The position numbers and the translations under genes are program-made. Positions 32,908 through 42,062 of a stretch of DNA of 42,062 nucleotides are shown one piece after another. The notes below the pieces were generated by a model that worked only from the letters and a program-made list of their open reading frames with translations, had not been told where the DNA came from and did not search any database. Source of the stretch: Paraspadella gotoi (lineage: Eukaryota > Animalia > Chaetognatha); the NCBI GenBank assembly GCA_051294375.1, contig CM119270.1, forward strand, positions 19,023,485 through 19,065,546, written 5' to 3'. Every line of letters starts with the position of its first letter. The first letter of the stretch is position 1.

Positions 32908-32908
<1 letters not shown>

Positions 32909-33512
32909 TTCTTAAGGTTGTCCTTCTGTTTGGTGTTGCTTTCAAAAGATTCTCGTTGAATTAAAGTTAAAATTAAAATATTTATTAGACAAATATATGC
33001 CGCGGCATTTGAAATAAAGTTGATAAGTTGCCGCTACAAAATTTTCTTTGCGTCAAGAAAAAAGTTAAAAATCAAGTTTTGAAGCATATATTAAAGTATT
33101 ATTGACGAGTTAATAATTAAAACGATTACGTCTTACGTTAAAAATAATGTAAATCGAACACTTTTTTTATATCGTTCATTTACATTTAATTTTTGTTGTC
33201 ACCCCCAAATATATATATAAATATATATCGAAAATGAATGAAATATAATATCGGGCCGTATTTCAATCTCCGAGAGCGTCAAGGGCCAACAGAGACTTTC
33301 TTTTATTTGCGTTGTCAACTTGGGAAAAGAATTTATGACTAAGTTCGAATTTCTTTTTAGTTAAATTTTAAAATCATTCCTTTGTATTAGACAAAGAGAA
33401 AGTTTTACACGAATCGGATCAAAAATAAAATTAATATTATTTGAATCCTTTTAGAAAGCTTATCATCTTATTTTCACTTTAAAAAAATTAATAAAAAAAG
33501 TTTTTTAAAAAA

Positions 33513-36500
33513 ATGACGAGTTTTCACCGTCGTTTGTCCGACTTCTTGGACGAAGTCGCCCAATTCCTCGAAGCTACAGACCCTCAGCAGCAGCAATCAG
33601 AGCAGCGAAAACAGCAACAGCAGTGGGTCGGCGGCGGCGGCGGAGCAGCCCCGACCAAAGACTCCATCATGCTAAAGATGGAGAGACTGAAGAAGGATTT
33701 CCCCGAGTTGAATCGTCCGGCTGATGTAGAGGACGCGAGGCTGGAGTTGAGATGTTGGGGAAGAGAAGACACCAATGGAGGTTAGTGATAGGGTGCCGCA
33801 GTGATTTTATAAATGAGTGGACTTTATATAAAGTGAAAAAGTACGCCGAAAGGCGTGGATTGGTGTAAAGGTATCAATGGTTCAATGTGAAGTTCATATG
33901 ATGATATAGTTTAAGAAACATAGCGTTTCCAATTGAAAAAATATACCTTTTTATTTACATTCAAACTAATAAAAAAGGTCTATTGGAAAACAAATCGGCA
34001 CCAATGATGACCTCAGAAACGACGCCGCCTTTTGCTCCACCGCCATTTCCTAAGAAAATATCGCCAGAACTTCGAGCTTCTCTCGCTCCGCCATCGTCGG
34101 ACGATGACCAAGATCTGCAGACAAACCCAAGGCGCTCTTCAAGCTTCTCTCTCGAATCGAAAAAGGATTTGGCGAAATCACTAACGTCCTCTCGAATTCT
34201 ATTGCCAAGGCCATCATTGTTATTAGCGAGACCGACAACGCCAACTGACCCGTTGACACCGCCACGGCCAACCAGTGAAAGATCCACAAGTCCTAAGACG
34301 AGTCTGATTGGCCCAAATTCACAAGAGCATGAAGAACTTCAGGCAAACCCCAAACGTTCTGCAAGTTTCTCTTTTCAGTCAAAGGATGAATGGGCAAGGT
34401 CTTTAGCACCGTCGTCAATGCCATTTCAAACGCCATTGTTTGGAAAGAAACCGATGCCATCCTTGAGAGTAACAATGCTAGCAATGCCCACCGCACCATT
34501 GACGCCTCCACTGCCAGCACGTAGGAAACCTTCGAGAGTTGTGGACTCTCTCACTGCGCCGATGTCGAAAGAAGCTCAAAATCTCCAAGCAAACCCAAAG
34601 CGGTCTGCAAGTTTTTCTTTTGAATCTAAAAAGGATTGGGCAAAGTCACTAATGCCATTGGCTGGACAGAAACCGAAGCCCACTGCACCATTAGTGCCCC
34701 CTCTACCAACTGGCAAAAGACCTTCAAGACCACAGGTGTCACTCGCCGCACCAATTTCTCATGAAGCCCAAGAACTCCAGGAAAGTGGGAAGCGCTCTGC
34801 AAGCTTCTCGTTTGAATCCAAAAAATACTGGGCAAAGGCGCAAACTTTATTTCCATTGTCACTAGAAAAGTCCACGCCATCATTGACATTAACGATTCCA
34901 TCAACATCCACAGCACCACTAATACCACCAATACCAACAAGAGAAAAAGCTCCAAGAACTTGGATATCTCTCACTGCACCAACATCTCATGAAGCCCAAG
35001 ATCTCCATGCAAACCCAAAGCGCTCCGCCAGTTTCTCCTCTGAATTCAAAAAGGTTAGAGAAAGAGCATCACCAAGGTCAACATCACCAGCTTTTTTCTT
35101 TTCAACACAAAAGTCATCAACAAAGACCAAAGCTAATGGAGTTTGGTCGTTGTTCGCTTCCAAAGAACCCGTGATGGCATCGAAAGAAATCCGAATGACA
35201 CCGGCCGAGGAATCATCACCAGACGACGAGGTGAGGTGTTGAGAAAATGTGATTGTAACATTTCGGATTGAATCAGAACCAAGAATGGAATCGGATTCGC
35301 GACTCGGATGAAATATACCGCCGATTGGATGAATCATGAAGAGACAGTAAAATGGTCTTAGCGTCTTCCACTAGTGTGCTTTCTTGTATTTGTTAAATAT
35401 ATAAATGTTAATAATGCATAAAACTAGTAGATACTTTAACATTCAAAATTCAAATAAAAATTCCTCTTTGTGTTTTACAAGTATGACGAAGCGCCACTCG
35501 TTGACTCACCACCTTCATGCCTGTCACAGCCAGTCCGACCATCAGCAAGAGAACCTCCGCCCAGTCTTCCTTCGACAACCAACCAATTTCCCCAGCAGTT
35601 CTTTTCCAATGAAGACAAAATAACTGAAAGCATCAACAGCAGGAACAACAAAGACCACAGCAACAGCGGTAGAACTGTCTATGACAATGGCCTTCATTCT
35701 TTCATCGATAATTTATTGACAAGGAAAGATAATTTTCCCCTTGAGACGTCGCTTGGGGCGCTGTATTCAGGTGCGTTACGATGGCCTTAAATTTTAGATG
35801 TACCCTCATGATGCTTATAATTTAAAAGTTGTACTTACTTTACTATATCTTGCCATTTTACTTCTGTAGGCACTCTTCAACAACTCAGCTCAAGAGGTAT
35901 CAAGTCGCTAGTGAAGCGCTCAAAGAAGCGCTTCTGCGTGTTGCGCGATGGAGCGCTGTTTGTCTACGCTTCCGCAGAGAACAACTGTGGTCCAAAACGG
36001 GTCATGGATCTGACGGGATGTGAAATTATGGAGATGCCTCACCACAAGTTTGTGGTTAAATTTGAAGGGAATGATTCACAGCTGGAATTCCAAGCTAAAA
36101 CAGAGCAGGAGCAAAAGCGCTGGGTTGATAATATCCGGGTGAGCAGTGGGTTGGAGCAGAATGGCAATCACTGTTCAGGAACTTGGTCTAAGAGCTTGAG
36201 GATTTTTAGCAATATTATTTTAATCAAATTTATTCCCCTCAGTTTTAAAAATACATCATGGTATAATCCTTTATTTCGTTGTTGTAAGAGATTAGCAAAC
36301 ATGAGCCGAAACGTGTCTTCTTTTCACAAATAAAATCGTTGTAAAAAAATTCGAAAAACTTTGCTAAAAAATAAATCAATAATTATTTAATTTACTAATC
36401 TGATTCTCTTTTTTTCCTTTTTTTAAGATGATGAGGGAATCAATCGGCGCCGACATAGAACCAGAGGCGACGTTGGATTTGGAACCGGCGTCAAATTTAG

Positions 36501-37289
36501 ATCCTGCGTCCGACTACTATTTGGAACTGGAATCAACCGACATTGTTGAAGCCGACACAGGGGATGATGACAATTTAATCATTAACAATGGCGACAGCGT
36601 AATCAATGACAAAGGTTCATTCATCGATGATGATGAAGTCTTCATTGACAGCTACATTGAAGTTTCTACAAAGACCAATTACGATTCTGTTGCTGACAAA
36701 GATGAGCAGAGGATGAAAAATGCTGAGGATATTGGAATCGAAATATCCGCTGAGGGCGATGACGTCAATGATAACAAGCTGGTCACTGCCAAGGCTGACT
36801 CTCCCGTTCTGGTCGACAATCGGGATTCCATATTCGGAGACGCGGACAACATCAGTCTCCAGGACTTCGCCGCGTCCAATCAAATTCAGGTAGAAGAAAC
36901 TGAGGAAAGGTAAGGAATTTTAAGGACTTCACATCGACAACTTACAGGTCTCGACCCAAGTGTGCGACGTGATGGGAGACCCCAACAAAAACCACGACGC
37001 CTTCGAAGGGTGCAACGTGGAATTGTCTGACGGAAGAGTGGGTCTCTTTCCAAAGGCATGGCTCAGTCCAGCGTTTCAAAAGGCTCTCAATTTAAAAGAA
37101 AAAGTTGGTGAGAACGGAGTTGTGAGTGATACAGGAAGTTGTGATAAAGAAGGTGGGGATTGGTGGACGGTTGAATTGTCTGAAGGACGAGTTGGTCTCT
37201 TTCCCAAGGCATGGTTCAGTCCCGCGTTTGAAGAGGTAGACAATTTGAAAGGAGACGTTTGTGAGAAAGATGACGCTAGTGATAAATAA
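33513..37289 (+). CDS. SKAP-like adaptor, paralog 2, with internal repeat expansion and degenerate/duplicated SH3; at least 960 aa, true end possibly 37504 or 37590
   Basis: Exons 33513-33780, 33978-35230, 35482-35770, 35870-36138, 36428-36889 and 36948-37289 total 2883 nt with compatible phases. Homologous to paralog 1 at the N-terminus (RLSDFLDEVAQF..SIMLKMERLKKDFPELN), at an identical GGGGCGCTGTATTCAG|GT junction, in the PH domain (RFCVLRDGALFVY..GPKRVMDLTGC..WVDNIR) and in the SH3 (GRVGLFPKAW, twice). Confidence 0.85.
34010..35060 (+). repeat. Five coding repeats of 64-82 aa in paralog 2 exon 2
   Basis: Core 'AP.S.EAQ.LQANPKRSASFSFESKK.WAK' with anchor codons at 34124, 34346, 34592, 34784 and 35012. 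Each is preceded by a PTAPL.PP.P-type Pro-rich block. Confidence 0.9.
37017..37289 (+). repeat. 153-bp (51 aa) tandem duplication of the SH3 C-terminal half
   Basis: VELSDGRVGLFPKAWLSPAFQ at 37017 and VELSEGRVGLFPKAWFSPAFE at 37170; DNA similarity continues through ..GAGAA..AGTGATA. Confidence 0.9.
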
Positions 37290-37847
37290 GCTGTGTTAAA
37301 AATGGTTCCAGTGAGAAGGCAAAACGCGCGGATGAGAAACCAGTAAATGTTTGTAGACAATCAAATGGAGCAGCTGTGACGGACGTTAAAGAAAATTCGA
37401 AAGATGGAGATTTCGGTGTCAACATTGAACCAATTTTTGAAGATGATGAAAAGGACAAAGAAAAAAGTTTTCAAGAAGAGAAAAAGAAAAGCAAAGGAAA
37501 CTGACTGTTACCCTAAAAAATGATAACAAGAGTATTGATACAGTCATAAAAAGTAGCAAAACCACCGCAAAAAATGTTATACAGACATAATCAAAACAAA
37601 TAAGTGAAAAGTTAATTTTGATGTCTTTCTGCAGAATGAAACGTAATTTGCTTAAAATCACGCCGATACTGTTTGCTAACCATTTATCATTACTGAATGT
37701 CGGATTGTAAATAATTCTTTGTATTTCTGTCAATTAATTTAGATTAAATTTATTGTCACTGAATTTTTTTTTAAATTATTTTTTGAAATGCTTGAAACGA
37801 GGCCAGGGTGACTGAGTTAAACTATCTTACTTTGAATGCAACATTTG

Positions 37848-37891
<44 letters not shown>

Positions 37892-40800
37892 GCCCTGAAT
37901 TATTTATCCACGGTCTAATCATACGACACGAATTCTCGGCGAAATTGAACCTTTTCATGCGGCCTTTTTTAATCCTGGTTTTTTTTTCCGCACTAAAATC
38001 CTTCCATCCTTTTCTCAAAATTCCTTCCCTTTTTTTTTTCTTTCTAATTCTCTTTTTATTCTTTCCTTTTTTCTCTTCCTTTTTTTCTTTCTAATTCTCC
38101 TTTTATNNNNNNNNNNNNNNNNNNNNNNNNNNNNNNNNNNNNNNNNNNNNNNNNNNNNNNNNNNNNNNNNNNNNNNNNNNNNNNNNNNNNNNNNNNNNNN
38201 NNNNNNNNNNNNNNNNNNNNNNNNNNNNNNNNNNNNNNNNNNNNNNNNNNNNNNNNNNNNNNNNNNNNNNNNNNNNNNNNNNNNNNNNNNNNNNNNNNNN
38301 NNNNNNNNNNNNNNNNNNNNNNNNNNNNNNNNNNNNNNNNNNNNNNNNNNNNNNNNNNNNNNNNNNNNNNNNNNNNNNNNNNNNNNNNNNNNNNNNNNNN
38401 NNNNNNNNNNNNNNNNNNNNNNNNNNNNNNNNNNNNNNNNNNNNNNNNNNNNNNNNNNNNNNNNNNNNNNNNNNNNNNNNNNNNNNNNNNNNNNNNNNNN
38501 NNNNNNNNNNNNNNNNNNNNNNNNNNNNNNNNNNNNNNNNNNNNNNNNNNNNNNNNNNNNNNNNNNNNNNNNNNNNNNNNNNGCTTCCCTTTTTCTTTCC
38601 TTTTTCTCCCCTCTTGCCCCTCTCTCTCACTCTGTCCTCTCTTGATCCCAGCGACGATCGAACTAAGCGGATTTTCAGTCTCCATGGAAACGCATTCCGC
38701 ATTCCGACGCCTTTTGTTTGCTCAGTATCACCGGCGTTCAGCCTTCCAACTCTTTCAAGAGAACGGAAGAAGTTCAGCGGTTTTTCTCTAGACGATGAAT
38801 TATTTTTTTTACAGTTCAGCGTCAGCGATTCAATTTTGTTCGATTCAGCAGCGTTAACTGTTTGACGCAGGCAAAGGGATTTAAAGGGCGAGAGAGAGCT
38901 GACGTTGTTTTCTGAAAAGTTGACAGGGTGATAAGCTGGAACTGATGAGGGTTTTCACAACTAAAGATTTGTAGGGAGGGGTCCGAGCACTTTTATAGAC
39001 TATGTTAATTTTAATGCACTTCAAGAGTAAGTACTTAGTTTTAAAAGAAATACTATTAAAATCTTTTCTATGAGCAAAAGTTTCTTTAAAAAAATAAAGT
39101 TAATGTCCGAGTATCTCAACAGTCACAGGATCTCAACCATCGGACCTCATGTAATTTATTTAATCGAATACGTAACACTTCTCAAATCTGATCTTTCACA
39201 TATCAGTTACCTATCACACAACATACTTTTTTTTCATCTCCGGGCGTGAAGGTCGGGTTAGGCTTAGAGGAAGAGGAGGAGGGAGGGAGAATGAGAGGAA
39301 GAGGGGGAAGGAGGAAAGAGAAAAGGTGAAGGGAGAATTGGAAGAATAAAAAGAAAAAGGAGAGAAAAAAAGAGAAAAGAAAATAGAGGTGATATAAAAG
39401 GAAGGATTTAATCGAAGAAGCGAGAATGAAGAAATAGAGAGCGAGGATTAACCTCGTTGGATCGACTGGTTGGTCGGTCTGTCGGTCGAAGGCGGATACC
39501 GACATGAAAAGTCGGTGAAAACGTCGGCCATGACGACGAGGATAATTAAAAGAACGAATTCCTCACTTTTTTTCGCCCGTGTGATGGGGATGTTGGCGAC
39601 TATTGTACTAATTTGGTGAACCGATGGAGTTTTAATTAAGGTTGCGCTAACAATTTACCATTTTTTTACGAATCTACGAAAATTATATAAATAGACCTTC
39701 CCAACCTCAAAGATCCCGCCCTTTCAACGTCAGCCTTCTCCAAAGCATTCAAGACTCCACGCCCCCAACACCGAAAGGCGTTAGACCCACGCGTCCATCN
39801 NNNNNNNNNTCATCTGCGCCAAAGACTTTTTCTGACCGCATTCTCCGTCGATTTCGTCTCGCATTGCAGCATTCTGTCGGAATCACCGACACCTTCACTA
39901 TCATCTTCACCACCGACATCTCCCGTCACCTTCTTTGACCTCTTTCACTTCCGCCCAGAAGCGATTGCGATCTGGACCCCATAACCTCGACCCATTTCCG
40001 GCCACCTGAGCCATTGAGGACGACGACGACGACGACGATCCATCTGGACTATAGAGGTCGCCATTAGACGCCGTTGCATCGAAGATCCGACGGCTTTTAA
40101 GATAAAAGACTAATGACGCTCAGTATTTATCCGTCGACCGTCGTCGTCCCTTTGCGGAGAAAACGAGATTGTTTTGTCCAGGGATGAAGAACCGCGACCG
40201 GAGCTTTTGGGCCGAAACTGGAGTCTAAATTATCATGTCACTGTAGATTACAAACGTACTTATCGAGTGGCTTTCTCGTCGTGTGACACCGAGGAAAAGT
40301 CGTATTCGTTCGAATTTCTGCGTCAACGCGGCGTCGAAAAAGATCGAGTTTCTTGACAGATAAGTTATTTTTTTGTCAAATTCAAGATTAATCCGCTGCT
40401 CTGGCGCTCCTCTGCCGTTGCTACGCCATCTCCCTTCTGCAGTCTCATCGCGCTAAAAACCGCGTCACAAAACCGAAACAAACTCATGACGGAAAGACCC
40501 CGTTACGTCAAAAGACCCCGTAAAGTCTAAAAACCCCGTAACTCAAGTTAAGTGGAACGAAAAACCAGAAAGAAGACGAACGACGACCGCCTTTTTTGGC
40601 GGGAGAAAGGGGAGGGCGTAAAGGGGGCGTGGCGGATCGTCGACTCTCGCGCCATCTCTCGTCGTCGACTGGCATTTCCGGTTCGAGCGAAGTTGAGAGG
40701 AAACAATTTTGAGACGACCCGCGCAGAATCTTAAATTGCATGATTTTCGTCGCTGGCCGGAGATATTTTTTAGTAATGGATTTTAAGTAGAGTCAGGCGA

Positions 40801-42062
40801 GGGTCGTCGATGGAATGCCTTTCAGAGAGATAGTGTAGCCTGGGATGTTACAGAGGGACTTACGCGGAAAATTAGGTCCGGTCTGAAAATAAGATATAGA
40901 AGAATTGTTTAAAATAGTTAGAGTTTCAGTCAACCAGTTATGGTTGCTGAATTCTATATATATTGCTAAATGTATATAACCAGAACAACATGAATGTTAA
41001 AAAAAGTATATTAAAATGATATGTCACAATGCGTACGAAACGTGTACATAAAATCAATAGACTAACAAAACAAAAGAAAGTGAATTATCATTCGCCTCTC
41101 GGAGAAGCTAAGCTTATTTGGCGCGTTTTGTCAATAACATACTTGCCTCCTTCTTGTTTCTGTTTTTCATCGACTTTTTACGACGTTCTTTGATTCTGTT
41201 TTCTCATCGACTTTCACGTCTTTGTTTCGGTTGGTCAAGACCGTCAAGCGTTTTGCGATCTACGTAGGATCCGCGAGGTTTGTGGCGGCTTGCGTTCTTG
41301 TCACTTTGGGATATAGTCGTCGGCAAAGGTATTCAGCTGTTCTGGCAAAAGGATTAGCTTTCTGGCAGAAGGTATTCATTCGTGCTAGAAGGTTATTTAG
41401 CGTCGTGTCGCGTAGGTTGGCTATCCGTTTTTTGGCTCTGGTTTGAGTCGCGCGCTAGGTATTCTGTTGTCCGTGTTTCGTTAGCACTTATTTTTTTTAA
41501 CTACGTAGTGGTAAAAACGTCGGTAACACACGTCGGATAAGTGGGTCTCGGTAAAGTGTACTCCGGACGGTTGTTCGCGATATGGATCCGAGGTTTCAGT
41601 GACCGCCTTTCTTTTTAGGCTTTCAGGCTTTTGTCGCTGTTATCCATTCTTCTTTTCGGTCGTTGCTTCTTGCTTGCTTGCTTAAATTTGTTTTTGTTAT
41701 TGAGGCCTGATGATGCAGATTTATTGTTTACCCATTGTTCTTTGTCTTTTTCAGTCTGTCTAATTCCTTCTACTCTCGTTACTTCTTCGACTCTCTCTTC
41801 TCTCTGACATCTCTCTTTCTTCTCTCTCACGTCTTCTCTCTCTCTCTCTTCTCTCTTCTCTCTCTCAGTCTTCTGTCATTCTCTCCTCACCATGTCCAAG
41901 GTTCGGCAAACCCATGTCTCGGTTTTGACGAATGGTTGTTTTCGTTCACGTACGGACGGGATCTCGGAGAGATTCCACTTTCCCACCTTTAGAAACGCCC
42001 AACCTCACCCCGACTCTCTATTAAACCTTCATCCCCCCAAGCCGCACCTCGTCGTTTCTCAT

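Noticed and set aside
36910-36947. Stronger-looking GTAAGG donor for paralog 2 exon 5
   Set aside because: Out of phase with the 36948 acceptor; the donor at 36890 is in frame and matches the paralog 1 intron position.
40183-40356. Short exon-like ORF (DEEPRPELLGRNWSL...)
   Set aside because: Has a plausible acceptor but no recognisable homology or partner exons; cannot be supported.

Overview
Eukaryotic, intron-containing animal DNA from a gapped draft assembly with seven N-runs. Tiny introns, C/G-ending codons and abundant (GAC)n/(CT)n microsatellites suggest a compact invertebrate genome, possibly a homoscleromorph sponge such as Oscarella; that is inference only. The left block (635-14514) is gene-dense but full of indels. 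It carries three co-oriented minus-strand genes recognisable across frameshifts: PRPF3, an AAK1/BMP2K-type NAK kinase, and ROCK, which is cut off after its Rho-binding region. The right block is microsatellite-rich and holds two tandem plus-strand SKAP-like adaptor genes (N-terminal helical dimerisation segment, PH, SH3) whose exons splice in frame. Paralog 1 (8 exons, 447 aa) has a GC-AG intron and a 14-copy 38-bp minisatellite built from an exon end plus its splice donor. Paralog 2 (6 exons, at least 960 aa) has gained five copies of a Pro-rich/KRSASFSF repeat I do not recognise and a duplicated half-SH3. Also present: a ~640-bp foldback MITE-like element with a partial second copy, a compact multi-hairpin island in an intron, clusters of transcription-factor motifs, and a speculative Tyr-motif transmembrane-adaptor-like gene. 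No rRNA, tRNA or CRISPR features were seen.
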